NCBI GenBank assembly: GCA_963847445.1
Contig: CAWJZV010000034.1
Coordinates: 160,001 to 224,000, forward strand
DNA length: 64,000 bases
Direction of reading: 5' to 3'
Origin: an uncultured delta proteobacterium
GTDB lineage: Bacteria > Desulfobacterota > Binatia > UBA9968
In this document: in pieces, positions 46,517 to 57,001 of the stretch
Layout of the letters: the number at the start of each line of letters is the position of its first letter
Position numbering within the stretch: the stretch's first letter is position 1
Notes under the pieces: model-generated
The model's database searches: none
Seen by the model: the letters and a program-made list of their open reading frames with translations, nothing else
What the model was told of the DNA's origin: nothing
Made by a program: the position numbers and the translations under genes

Positions 46517-46671
46517 TTATCCAACCATCCTTATATTTTGTGGAAGTTGTAAGAAAAAAACTAGGTTCTTGCTAACATAGCGATACTGCCATTTCAAGAA
46601 GAAACGCCCGAGATTTGCAATGGTTTGGCGCCGATGATACTGACAATGCAGCGCTTCTCGACACTTCCAGC

Positions 46672-47166
46672 ATGACTACTTGGCATACCGTGAGTTTGCT
46701 TTTGCATCTGGTCGCCTTCGCGATGTGGATCGGCGCCATGGTGTTTTTTCTCATCGTCATGGGACCGGCGGTGCAGGAACTCGAACCGAGTATCGCGATT
46801 CGCACCATGAACCGTGGCCGTATCGGTCTGGAATCGATCTCCTGGATCGCCATTGGGTTGCTCTTCGCCACCGGTGTCGCCAACCTGGCGCTGCGTCAAC
46901 CTACCAGCGCCGCGCCGGGCACGGCGTACATGATCATGCTCAGCGCCAAGCTTTTCATCTTCGTCGCCATGACGGTGCACCATTGTCTCCAGGTCTTCAA
47001 ATACGCCCCGCGCATCGCTCAACAAACCGCGGCGATAAATCTCGCTGCGACGGTCTGGCCCGAAACATTGCTCGGCGACTGGCGCCGCTGGTTCATGCTG
47101 CTCAAACTCAACGCCGGCCTCGGCCCGGTGGCGGTGCTGCTCGGCTTGGCCTTAGTTAAAGCCTAA
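46672..47166 (+). CDS. CopD/DUF4149-like membrane protein
   Basis: LHLVAFAMWIGAMVF, TG..N, KL...H pattern; divergent from the cox operon. Confidence 0.72.
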   Translation: MTTWHTVSLLLHLVAFAMWIGAMVFFLIVMGPAVQELEPSIAIRTMNRGRIGLESISWIAIGLLFATGVANLALRQPTSAAPGTAYMIMLSAKLFIFVAMTVHHCLQVFKYAPRIAQQTAAINLAATVWPETLLGDWRRWFMLLKLNAGLGPVAVLLGLALVKA

Positions 47167-47213
47167 AGGCCGTCATGCTAATCCTCTTTTAAAAGTCCGG
47201 CAAAATTGGACCA

Positions 47214-48416
47214 GTGCTGATGGCGAGCTCTAGCTGGACAAACCGCATCAAGGCAACCCTGGTGGGTGTCGGGATCGGGCTAGCCGTTCTGATGAGCGGC
47301 AACTGGTGGAATATTTACACTCATCATGTGCCCAAATGCCCCAGCGAGAAAAACTGTGTGGCGGATTTCGTCACCTTCTACGCTGCCGCGCAAATGATCT
47401 GGGACGATCGTCAAGCGCTTTACGATCTCGATCACCAGCAAACTTATCAAAACCGCATCGCCCCGGTGGAAAAGGTTTTACCCTTCGTTTACCCGCCGAT
47501 TACCGCGGCGTTCCTCGCGCCGTTGGCTTGGTTCCGTTTCTCGACCGCGTTTTTGCTCCTGACGATAGTCAACTTACTGCTGATTGGCCAGAGTTTACGG
47601 CTGCTCATGCGTTATTTGCATTTGTCCACCGACCAAGCGCATTGGTTAATGTTATTCACACTGTGCAATTTTGCCGTGCACGGCGTGGTATTTTACGGCC
47701 AAACCTCGGCGATTGTGCTGTTTTTCCTGACCCTTCATGTACTCGCCCAGAGACAAGCGGAGCGCGCCGTGGCGGGAGTTTGGGCTGGTCTGCTGTGCGT
47801 CAAACCGCAATATTTAGCGGTGCCTCATTTGATTCTGCTGGTGCGCCGCCGCTGGCGCGAGTTTGTCGTCGGCGCCGCCATCGGCAGCCTGCTGATTATC
47901 GGCATGTTTCTGTGGATCGGCTCCGATGCCTCGGCGCAGTATTTTCAACTCGCACGCCGGATGGTGAGCGCCGACAGCGACTGGTGGAATCAATGGCGTG
48001 GCATGCACAACCTGCGGGTGTTGGTGATTTATGGCTTGCCGAAGGTTGGCACGCCGTGCGCTTGGTGGCTCTTGAGCGCCGTCGTCGTCGCCATTTTAGC
48101 TTGGGTCAATTGGCCGGCGGCAAAGCATACCGAGAATCACGCGAGCCGCTGGATCGTCAATTGTCTTGGCCTGCTGATTGTGCTGCCGCATCTGTTCACT
48201 CACGATCTCACCCTGCTGATCGTTCCCTGTGCGCTGCTGCTCAGCAAGGTCAAAGCGCAAGTGCCGCTCGCCATCGGAATCGGTTTGGTGATCCTGGCGA
48301 TTCTCCCCGCGCTGAACTCCCTGGTGCCAGCGATCATGGCCATCGCTCTGGTGATGCTATTCGCCGGCAGCCTGTTTTTCTGCTTACGAGAGCGATCGGC
48401 TCGTTGGCAACGTTAA
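47214..48416 (+). CDS. GT87 (DUF2029) membrane glycosyltransferase
   Basis: DFVTFYAA, PFVYPP, GQTS, VKPQ, HDL motifs with many TMs. Confidence 0.85.
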   Translation: MLMASSSWTNRIKATLVGVGIGLAVLMSGNWWNIYTHHVPKCPSEKNCVADFVTFYAAAQMIWDDRQALYDLDHQQTYQNRIAPVEKVLPFVYPPITAAFLAPLAWFRFSTAFLLLTIVNLLLIGQSLRLLMRYLHLSTDQAHWLMLFTLCNFAVHGVVFYGQTSAIVLFFLTLHVLAQRQAERAVAGVWAGLLCVKPQYLAVPHLILLVRRRWREFVVGAAIGSLLIIGMFLWIGSDASAQYFQLARRMVSADSDWWNQWRGMHNLRVLVIYGLPKVGTPCAWWLLSAVVVAILAWVNWPAAKHTENHASRWIVNCLGLLIVLPHLFTHDLTLLIVPCALLLSKVKAQVPLAIGIGLVILAILPALNSLVPAIMAIALVMLFAGSLFFCLRERSARWQR

Positions 48417-48425
48417 GTAGCGCCC

Positions 48426-49407
48426 CTAACCCTTCGGATAAAGCGACTTGATAAAGCCGCTATCGTCTAACTGCTTGACGAAGCGCATGTCCATGAACGT
48501 CTCCGGCGCGAAGTTTTTCGCTTTCGGTTCGCGTATGGCGACTTGGTCGAGAACGAAACGCAGACCGCCCACCGTCGGATAAGGCACGCGTTGCAGCTTC
48601 GGCGCGTAGAAATCGACGGTGGACGCCAGAATCGCCGGATCTTTGATGCCGGTGTATTTGCTCGTCACCTTCATCGCCAGCTCGCGGTTGTTTTTGTAAA
48701 TCGCGATCGCCTCCGTGTAAGCGCGCACAAAGCGCTGCACCGTGTCCAGGTTGTCTTTAATGTAGGACTTCTTGGCGACGATGCCGACGAAGGGAAATTC
48801 CAGGCCGAGCGCCGCGAGATCGGCGAGCTCTTTGAATCCGATGCGCTTGCCGTGATCGGTGAACGGATCGGCGAGAGCGCCGGCGGCGATACGGCCCGAT
48901 TGAATGCTGTTAAAAATTCCTGGGTAATCTTCCAACTGGACCAGCGCGACATCCTTTTCCGGTTGCAGTCCGGCTTTGCGGATCGCGAAGCGCGCCGAGA
49001 TATCGGTATTCGAACCGTAGCGGGTGACGCCGACCGCCTTGCCTTTGAGATCTTCCATTTTCGCAACCGTGCCCATGATCACGATCGGTGTGGTATTGAG
49101 CGCGACGGCGACGAAGGTGACGTCCATCCCGGCAACGCCGGCCGCAAGCATCGCCGGCCCGCCCATCTGCGCGAGTTGAATTTCCCCCGACACCAGAGTC
49201 TGCGCCATCGTCGAGCCGCTGCGGATGTAAGCGACTTCGGCTTTGATGCCGTTCTTATCGAACAGTCCCGCCTCGCGCGCGATCCACAGCACCGCATGGG
49301 GACCGGAAGTAGCGGCATAGCCCGTCATCACCCGCACCGGCGTCTGCGCCGACGCCATTTCGCTGGCGCCGAGCAATAGCCAACAACGCAACAATCGTTC
49401 GAATCAT
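48426..49407 (-). CDS. NMT1/THI5(SsuA)-like ABC substrate-binding protein
   Basis: WIAREAGLFDKNG, LVSGEIQ, DLKGKAVGVTRYGS, FVRAYTEA, DDSGFI. Confidence 0.88.
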
Positions 49408-49506
49408 TTGTCCTCCACTAACTTGATTCCAAGGTCGGTTCGGAAGTATAGGGATAAGCGGAATGCAAGGTCAACTATCGGCATATTCATTTCTAAGGAG
49501 CAGTCC

Positions 49507-50490
49507 ATGGCCATTGTTCGTCAAATTATTCGGCTAAGTGTTTTCGCACTTATGTTCAGTCAAACAACGACGGTTGGCGCCGCCAACATCAACGTCGTCT
49601 GGACCAGTGAGGTCGGCCAATTCGCACCGCTCTGGGTGACCAAGGAAGCGAAGTTTTTTGAAAAATACGGCAACAACGTTGAGTTGATTTTTATCCAAGG
49701 CGCAACTTTGGCCGCCGCGGCTTTGACATCGGGCGACGCTCAAGTCGGCATGTTCTCACCCCAGGTGGTGATTTCAAACGCTGGGATTGGAGCTGGTCAT
49801 GTTCGGCCGCCTGGGCAATACCATGGACAATCGCATTTATGCCAGGAAAGGCATCAAAAGTATCAAGGAAGTAAAGCGCATCGCCATCAGCCGCTTTGGC
49901 AGCAACGCCGATTTCGCCGCCCGCTTCCTGCTCCAGCGTGAGGGACTCCGGCCGGACATCGATGTCGCGCTCCTGCAGGTCGGCAATCAAGTGAACCGCA
50001 TCGCCGCAGTCGAGACCAATAACGCGGACGCCGCCATGCTCACGCCGCCGATGACGCTGCAAGCACGCAAACTTGGAATGACATTGCTGCTCGATGCGTC
50101 AAAATTGAATATTCCCTATTCCAGCTTGATGTTCGTGTCGCGCAGACCGTACCTGTCAAAAATGCGGGCGGAACTGGTCAACTTCACCAAGGCGATGATC
50201 GAAGGTGTGGCGCTGTACAAGTCAAATAAAGAATTCGCCATGAAAGTCTTGTCAAAATATATGAAAGTGCAAGACCGCGAGATCCTCGAAGAGAACTTCC
50301 GCGAATACGATTTTCCTCTTAAGCCCTACCCGTCGAAAGAATATTTCGACCTGCCGCTCCAGGAAGTCGGCAAGAAAGACCCCAAGGTACTCAAAGAAAA
50401 TCCCGAGCGTTTCACCGATTTGTCCCTGGTGAAGGAATCGAGAGCAGCGGCTTCATCGATAAAATTTCCCAAGAATACCGCGTGAAGTGA
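49507..50490 (+). CDS. NMT1/THI5-like ABC substrate-binding protein (frameshifted)
   Basis: APLWVTKEAKFFEKYG, ISRFGSNAD, FTKAMIEG; AAGGAG RBS. Confidence 0.85.
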
Positions 50491-50524
50491 CACGACCTCT
50501 GATTTAAGATCAGAGGTCGTGTCA
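50488..50524. terminator. Perfect 16-bp hairpin abutting a REP half-site
   Basis: tgacacgacctctgat-ttaag-atcagaggtcgtgtca, then gtcatcccgagcgaaagcgagggatctc (50521-50548). Confidence 0.6.
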
Positions 50525-50591
50525 TCCCGAGCGAAAGCGAGGGATCTCGTCCAAAAAGATCTGAATGATCAACATTTAAGGAGGACAATCC

Positions 50592-51687
50592 ATGGCAAGC
50601 GTAAGAGGCGCAACACTACTAGGGCCGGATAAATTGGAACTGCGCGAATATCCCATGCCGGATATTCCCGCGGACGGCGGCTTGACTTAAAATTGAAATG
50701 GGCGGCGTATGCGGCACCGATGTTAAATATCTCCACGGCAAGCTCAAGGTCGACTATCCGATCATTCTCGGCCATGAAATTCTTGGCCGGGTCGAGAAGC
50801 TCGGCAAGAACGCCGCGGCGATTCACCATGTCAAAGAAGGCGACCGGGTTATTCTCAAAGGCGCGCTCGGCTGCGGCCGCTGCGCCGACTGCCGGCGCAA
50901 TAATCAACGATTCTGCCGCCAACGCACCAACTACGGCGGCCGCACCAAATGCGACCTGCCGCCGCATCTGTTCGGCGGCTTTGCCGATTATCTCTACTTG
51001 GCACCCGATGTTCTTTGCACCAAAGTGAGCGAGTCGCTGTCTGCTGAAGCGGCGGCGCTGGTCGGCTCGGTGATGGCCAACGGTTTTCAATGGGCGATCC
51101 GCCGCGGCGGCGTCAAGATGGGTGACTTTGTGCTCATCCAGGGACCGGGACAGCAAGGATTGTCGTGCACCTTCGCCTCCAAGCATGCCGGCGCGGCGAA
51201 AATCTTCGTCACCGGCATCGGCCGCGACAAGCCGAGGTTGGAATTGGCGAAAAAATTCGGCGCCACCCGCACGATCAATGTCGAGGAAGAAGATGTCGTC
51301 GAAGTGATCCGCAAGGAAACCAACGGTGAGTTGTGCGACGTCGTCATCGACGTGTCAGGCAATCCCAACGCGATCTTGAAATCGGTGGACTGTCTGCACC
51401 GCCAATCGACCATGGTGCTGGGCGGCTTGACCGGCGACACCACGGTGACGCCGATGTTGATGGACAAGCTGGTGTGGAACGAGATCAAACTGCAAGGCTG
51501 CTTCACCGCCGACAACGACGCCACCGAAGCCGCGTTGCGCATCATTGAGGAAACCAAGTTTCCGGTCGAACAGATGGTCAGCCATGTCTTTCCCTTGAAA
51601 GACATCGAACACTGCATCCGCTCCATCGGCGGCGAGGTGCCGGGCACCTTCCCGACCAAGGCGTTGATCAATCCGGCGATCGGGTAG
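50592..51687 (+). CDS. Zn-dependent alcohol dehydrogenase (MDR), frameshift ~50685
   Basis: GVCGTD, GHE, CGRCADC...C, GPGQQG; AAGGAGG RBS. Confidence 0.92.
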
Positions 51688-51712
51688 GCGATAGGCGACG
51701 GCGCGGTCCGTG

Positions 51713-51740
51713 GTAGGGGCGATTCATGAATCGCCCTTGC
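51713..51740 (+). repeat. GTAG-type REP
   Basis: GTAGGGGCGATTCATGAATCGCCCT palindrome. Confidence 0.75.
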
Positions 51741-51755
51741 ATTAAATCAATCGGA

Positions 51756-52514
51756 ATGATCGAAGGCCTCACAGATAAAGTCGTCATCGTTACCGGCGGC
51801 GCCCATGGCATCGGCAAAGCTTACTGCAAAGGCTTCGCCGGTGCCGGCGCCTGCGTCGTCATCGCTGACATAGACCTGCCAAGCGCGGCAGCGGCAGCCA
51901 ATGAAATCGGCGGACAGGCGTTGCCAATTCAGGTCGACGTGTCGAACGAAGACGCCACCAAGAAAATGGCGGCGCAGGCCCTCGATAGCTTCGGCCGCAT
52001 CGACGTTCTCATCAACAACGCCGCGGTATTTTCCGTGGTGCCGATGAACCGGGGCCGGATTGAAACCATCGATCCGGCGGAATGGGATAAGCTGATGGCG
52101 GTGAATCTGCGCGGGCTGTTTTTCTGCTGCCGCGCCGTGCTGCCGGCCATGCGCGCGCAGAAGTCCGGCAAGATTATCAACATCGCATCGGGCACCGTCT
52201 TCGCCGGCAGCCCAGGGCGGATTCATTACGTTACGTCGAAGACCGCCACCATCGGTTTTACCCGCACGCTGGCGCGCGAAGTCGGCGGCGACAATATCAA
52301 CGTCAACTGTCTGGCCCCCGGCAACACGCTGTCGGAAGAGAATCCCAGCGCGGAAACCATTCGCCTGCGCGAGTCCTCCGCCGGTCTGCGCGCGCTCAAG
52401 CGTGTCCAAGTGCCGCAAGACGTGGTTGGCGCCATGCTGTTCCTGGCATCGCCGCTGAGCGATTTCATGACCGGCCAGACGGTGAATGTGGATGGCGGTA
52501 TTTCGTTTCTATGA
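51756..52514 (+). CDS. Short-chain dehydrogenase/reductase
   Basis: TGGAHGIG, NNAA, YVTSK, VDGG. Confidence 0.93.
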   Translation: MIEGLTDKVVIVTGGAHGIGKAYCKGFAGAGACVVIADIDLPSAAAAANEIGGQALPIQVDVSNEDATKKMAAQALDSFGRIDVLINNAAVFSVVPMNRGRIETIDPAEWDKLMAVNLRGLFFCCRAVLPAMRAQKSGKIINIASGTVFAGSPGRIHYVTSKTATIGFTRTLAREVGGDNINVNCLAPGNTLSEENPSAETIRLRESSAGLRALKRVQVPQDVVGAMLFLASPLSDFMTGQTVNVDGGISFL

Positions 52515-52525
52515 TGTCACCACGA

Positions 52526-52563
52526 TTGGAACCACGTTGGAACGACTGGAACGATTTGGAACG
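52526..52563 (+). repeat. Short tandem repeat, four TGGAAC units
   Basis: ttggaaccacg ttggaacga ctggaacgat ttggaacg. Confidence 0.6.
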
Positions 52564-52572
52564 GAGAGTTTT

Positions 52573-53613
52573 ATGAGCACTAGTTATCCGATCATCGACG
52601 CCGACGGTCACGTGTTGGAAAAAGACCGCGAGCTGCACGATTACCTCGGCGGCCGTTACAGCAGCGCGCCGCGCTTTGAAACCTACGCTTACTTTCCATC
52701 CCTCGACGGTTGGAACCGCGGCACCGGAGTGCCCGGCAAGGATCCGGAAACTCCCGCGCCGCGCTGGTTGCAATTTCTCGACGAGCTGGGCGTTCATACG
52801 ACCGTGCTCTATCCGACCGGCGGACTCGGTTTGGGGTTGGTGCAGAATCCCGAATGGGCCTGTGTGCTGGCGCGCGCCTACAATTCCTGGCTCGCCGATC
52901 GCTTCGTCAAGCAAAGTCCCCGTCTCAAAGGCGTGGCGCTCCTGCCGGTGCATGAACCGCTCGAAGCGGCGAAAGAACTGGAGCGCGCCAAATCCTTGGG
53001 CCATGTCGCCGGATTACTGCCGGCGGTGACCTGGCTGCATAAAGGCTACGGTCACAGCGACTTCGATCCGATTTATCAAGCGGCCGAGCGGCTCGACATG
53101 CCGCTGACCATCCACGGCGCGCCGAGCCGCGGCATGGGTTTCGATTTTTTCAATAAATTTTTGCACGTCCATACCCTCGAACATCCGTTCGCGATCTTGA
53201 CCCAGTTCACCCACATGGTTTTCGAGGGCGTGTTCGTGCGCTATCCCAAATTGCGCGTGGCCTTTCTCGAAGCCGGCTGCGGCTGGCTGCCGTACATGAT
53301 GGATCGCATGGACGAGGAAATGGAAAAGCCCTACCGCGTGCAAGCGCCGCTGTTGAAGCAAAAGCCCAGCGAGCTGATCCGCAACGGCCAGATCTGGACC
53401 ACCTGCGAAGTGGAAGAAAAGGCGTTGCCCTTCGTGATCCAGCAATTCAATGCGAAATGCCTGATGTGGCCGTCGGACTATCCGCACGAGCGGCTGCCCG
53501 ATATGTTCAAACGCGACATCCCGGAATTTCTCGAGCGCGACGACATCAGCGACGAGAGCAAGAAAGCGATCCTGCACGACAACCCGGTAGATTTTTACCG
53601 GCTAAAGATTTGA
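52573..53613 (+). CDS. Amidohydrolase_2 family metalloenzyme (decarboxylase/hydratase-like)
   Basis: IIDADGHV, YPT, AYNSW, LTIHG, LEAGCGW, SDYPH. Confidence 0.9.
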   Translation: MSTSYPIIDADGHVLEKDRELHDYLGGRYSSAPRFETYAYFPSLDGWNRGTGVPGKDPETPAPRWLQFLDELGVHTTVLYPTGGLGLGLVQNPEWACVLARAYNSWLADRFVKQSPRLKGVALLPVHEPLEAAKELERAKSLGHVAGLLPAVTWLHKGYGHSDFDPIYQAAERLDMPLTIHGAPSRGMGFDFFNKFLHVHTLEHPFAILTQFTHMVFEGVFVRYPKLRVAFLEAGCGWLPYMMDRMDEEMEKPYRVQAPLLKQKPSELIRNGQIWTTCEVEEKALPFVIQQFNAKCLMWPSDYPHERLPDMFKRDIPEFLERDDISDESKKAILHDNPVDFYRLKI

Positions 53614-53622
53614 AGAGGGAAG

Positions 53623-53769
53623 ATTATCTCCCGCAAAGGCGCAAAGACGCAAAGAATCACGGCATGTCATTTCGACCGAAGGGACAAATCTTTCTTAGAT
53701 CCCTCACCTGCGTTCGGGATGTCGGGCCACTGCCCGTCACTTGGCGTCTTTGCGCCTTTGCGGGAAAAT
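53623..53769. repeat. Composite palindromic element, copy A
   Basis: Outer arms cccgcaaaggcgcaaagacgcaaag / cttggcgtctttgcgcctttgcggg enclose gtcatttcgaccgaagggacaaatct...agatccctc...gttcgggatg. Confidence 0.8.
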
Positions 53770-53798
53770 GTTCTTATTGAATTCTAAGGAGGCACACC

Positions 53799-54557
53799 AT
53801 GCGTTTGAAAGATAAAGTAGCCATCGTCACCGGCGGCGGGGTGGGAATTGGCAAAGCTTACGCCCACGGTTTGGCAAAAGAAGGCGCGAAAGTTGTCGTC
53901 GCCGATATTCAAGACGTCGAAGCGCAAAAGGTTGCCGCCGACATCACAGCAGCGGGTGGCGAAGCCATCGCCGTGGCCGTCGACGTGACCTCGGCGGAGA
54001 AAACCCAGGCGATGGCCGCGGCAGCGTTGAAAACCTACGGCCGCATCGACATCCTGGTCAACAACGCCGGTCTCTACTCGGCGTTAAAGAAAAAAGCGTT
54101 CATGGAAATCGACACCGACGAATGGGACCGGGTCATGGCGGTCAACGTCAAGGGACTTTTTCTCTGTGTGAAAGCCGTCTACCCGGCGATGAAGCAGCAG
54201 CAAAAAGGCAAGATCATCAATATCTCATCGGGCACGACCCAGACCGGCACGCCGTTTTTCCTGCATTATGTGTCCTCGAAAGCCGGCGTCCTCGGCTTCA
54301 CCCGAGCGCTGGCGCGGGAAGTCGGCGGCGACAATATCTGCGTCAACTCGATCATGCCCGGCCTGACCATCTCCAGCCCAAACCAGGAAGGCGTCACCAG
54401 CCCCGAGCAACTGGCTGACCGCAGAAAACGCCGCGCCCTCCAGCGCGATCAATATCCGGCGGATCTGGTCGGCACGGTGATCTTTCTCGCCTCCGACGAC
54501 AGCGACTTCATGACCGGCCAGTCCATCGGCGTCGACGGCGGCATGAATATGCACTGA
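53799..54557 (+). CDS. Short-chain dehydrogenase/reductase
   Basis: TGGGVGIG, NNAG, YVSSK, VDGG; paralog of the 51756 SDR. Confidence 0.94.
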   Translation: MRLKDKVAIVTGGGVGIGKAYAHGLAKEGAKVVVADIQDVEAQKVAADITAAGGEAIAVAVDVTSAEKTQAMAAAALKTYGRIDILVNNAGLYSALKKKAFMEIDTDEWDRVMAVNVKGLFLCVKAVYPAMKQQQKGKIINISSGTTQTGTPFFLHYVSSKAGVLGFTRALAREVGGDNICVNSIMPGLTISSPNQEGVTSPEQLADRRKRRALQRDQYPADLVGTVIFLASDDSDFMTGQSIGVDGGMNMH

Positions 54558-54618
54558 GGCGACAGAGAGAAGAGACAGAAATTTGAGATGGAGATTGCGA
54601 AAGCCCATAAGATGAGAC

Positions 54619-54646
54619 GTAGGGGCAATTCATAAGTTACCCCTAT
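54619..54646 (+). repeat. GTAG-type REP (degenerate)
   Basis: GTAGGGGCAATTCATAAGTTACCCCTAT. Confidence 0.6.
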
Positions 54647-54851
54647 ATTCGGATCAAAGGGATAAAGGTCGTGTTACCGCATTGGCGGCCCCAACAGGTT
54701 CACGCATGGGAAGCGGCGCAGCGGGCGACGCAGGATCGGACCGGAGTCGCGCTCGATCACGCGTGCAAAATAGAAGTCTCACTTCTAACTTGCAAATTAA
54801 TCGGAAGGGGCTTTAGCAACGCAGAATCGCTGATGCCGTCGACGGTCGCGT

Positions 54852-55913
54852 CTAGCGCTGCGGCAGCGGCTCGTTGCCGGCGATCTTGTTGAACAGCGCG
54901 ATGACATCGGCGTCGCGCGGAATGTCCTTGATCGCTTTCTCCTGAGCTTCCGGCAACAGCGGCGTGGCGTCGTCGGCGGAGAGCCGTTTGAACTCCTTCA
55001 AGAACGCCGGATCGCGGAAAGTCTTGCGCATCGCCTCGCGCCAGTGCGCCACCGCTTCAGGCGGGCGTCCCTGGCGGCAGAATGTAGGGCGAGCCGACCA
55101 GGCGGAAGGTGCGGAACATGGTCATGATCTTCCGCTCGCGCTCGCTTTTGGCGAAGCTTTCCAACTCAGGCAGTTTGTTGAACAGGGCGTGGGGATGGCG
55201 GTCGTCCTTGGGAATCTGAATGATCGCATGAAAATTGAGGTAACGTTTCTCGATCTGCTCGGCGTTGCGTTGCAAAATCGTGTCAGGGATGTTGGCGCGG
55301 GCATCGAGTTCGCCGCGGTCCATGGCGAGGTCGAGCTCGGGTCCCGAATAGCCGGTGATAAATTTCGGATCTTTGAGTCCGAGGATCCAGGAGAACAGCC
55401 GGCCGTTTATATAAATGTCGTGGCCGACGGTTTGCGCGCCGACGCGGAGACCGGGATGGGCGCGGAGTTTATCCAAGCTATCGAGCCCCAGCCGCGCCAC
55501 CGAGCCGAAAACATATTGCGCCGTGCTGTTGGCGGCGCCGAGATAAATCAGTTTATCGATATCGTACTCGACACCGGTTGAGCCGAGCACGGCGTTGGCG
55601 ACCAGGCCCGGAACCGACGTTGCCCAGGGTCAGCCCGTCGGGTTTGGCGTTGCGCGCGACAAAGTTCGACGCCTTACGGCCGCCGCCGCCCGGCATGAAC
55701 TGGGTGACGATGACCGGCTCGCCGGGAAGGTATTTCTTCAGAAAGGGCAGCGCCGCCTGCGCGCGCAGGGCGCCGGTGCCGCCGGGTTCGCGCCCTTGCA
55801 CCAGCAAGATGGTCTTGCCTTGGAAGTAGGGCGTCGGATTGGCCGAAAAGTGGCGCGCTGCCGAGCGCGACAAACAGCATGACGACTGCCGTTAACCAGA
55901 TCATTTGTTTCAT
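54852..55913 (-). CDS. Bug/TctC-like tripartite tricarboxylate transporter substrate-binding protein (frameshifted)
   Basis: YFQGKTI, PGGTG, MPGGGG, KPDGLT, TGYSG, RGELD, PPGTP. Confidence 0.85.
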
Positions 55914-56067
55914 GATGCCCTCTGGGAAATTGACGTTGTAGTTGTCTACCATGCAGATCGGTTAATTCAAGTAGATTTGTCGTGACGACCCAGCTACCCG
56001 CGGCGTTTGCTGAATCGTGAAATCGCCAGTCGATCGCGCTTCGTCCGCCGCCATGGCGCGGCTCAAT

Positions 56068-56817
56068 TCAGGGCCAGGTAAACTGCGCCACCGGCGTGTC
56101 GTTGAGCAGCCGGTGGTCGGTCATATCGCATTGCAGCGGCGTGACCGAGACATAGCCTTCGTGCACGGCGACACAATCGGTGCCGTCGTCATTGGCGAAA
56201 CCCATGTCGTCGCCGCCGATCCAATAATACTTGCCGCCGCGCGGGTCGACCCGCTCGACGATGGTTTCGCTGTAATGGCGCTTGCCCATGCGGGTGAATT
56301 TCCAGCCCTTGAGTTGTTCTCTCGGTAAATTGGGCACGTTGACGTTGAGCAGGGTGCCCGCCGGAATGCCCGGCTTTTGGATGCTCTCGATCAACCTCGC
56401 GGTGAACTCCGCCGCGGCGCGAAAATCAAAATTCACGAAAGTGACAAGCGATACGGCGATGGCGGGAATGCCCAGGAGCGTGCCCTCGATGGCTGCGGAC
56501 ACCGTGCCTGAATAAATAATATCGTCGCCGAGATTGGGCCCTTTGTTGATGCCGGAGACGACCAGGTCGGGTTTTGCCGGCAGCAGACCGGTGAGCGCGA
56601 GTTTGACGCAATCCACCGGCGTGCCATTGACCGCCATGCGCCGCGGCCCGAGCTCGTGGACGCGTAGCGGCCGGTGCAGTGTCAACGAGTGGCTCGTGGA
56701 ACTCTGCGCCCGGTCCGGCGCCACGGTGTAGAGTTCGCCGAGGTGAGCGAGGCTCTGTTCCAGAGCGGTGAGTCCTTCGGATTGGATGCCGTCATCGTTG
56801 GAAAGCAAGATGATCAT
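56068..56817 (-). CDS. surE: 5'/3'-nucleotidase SurE
   Basis: LSNDDG, APDRAQS, GTPVDCV, SGINKGPNLG, YSGTVSAA, DPRG..YYW, SVTPL. Confidence 0.96.
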   Translation of the reverse strand: MIILLSNDDGIQSEGLTALEQSLAHLGELYTVAPDRAQSSTSHSLTLHRPLRVHELGPRRMAVNGTPVDCVKLALTGLLPAKPDLVVSGINKGPNLGDDIIYSGTVSAAIEGTLLGIPAIAVSLVTFVNFDFRAAAEFTARLIESIQKPGIPAGTLLNVNVPNLPREQLKGWKFTRMGKRHYSETIVERVDPRGGKYYWIGGDDMGFANDDGTDCVAVHEGYVSVTPLQCDMTDHRLLNDTPVAQFTWP

Positions 56818-57001
56818 GCAGCCATACTGGCAAAGAAGTCATGAACGGACAAGCGCAAGGGGCAGCCGGCGATGATCCCTATAGGATCGCTCCCATGCCT
56901 TGAACCTGATGGGTGACAGGTGCGGAGGTCCAGTGGACCGCTTTTAGGTTTTTTTTCTCGCAAGGTCTTCACTTCCGCTTTTCCAGCGCTATGCTGAAAT
57001 C

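Noticed and set aside
52526-52563. TGGAAC repeats as a possible mini-CRISPR
   Set aside because: Units are ~10 nt with no spacers, and there are no cas genes
56890-56945. ccttgaacc motif reminiscent of 6S RNA
   Set aside because: No complementary ggttcaagg arm and no long rod with a central bubble
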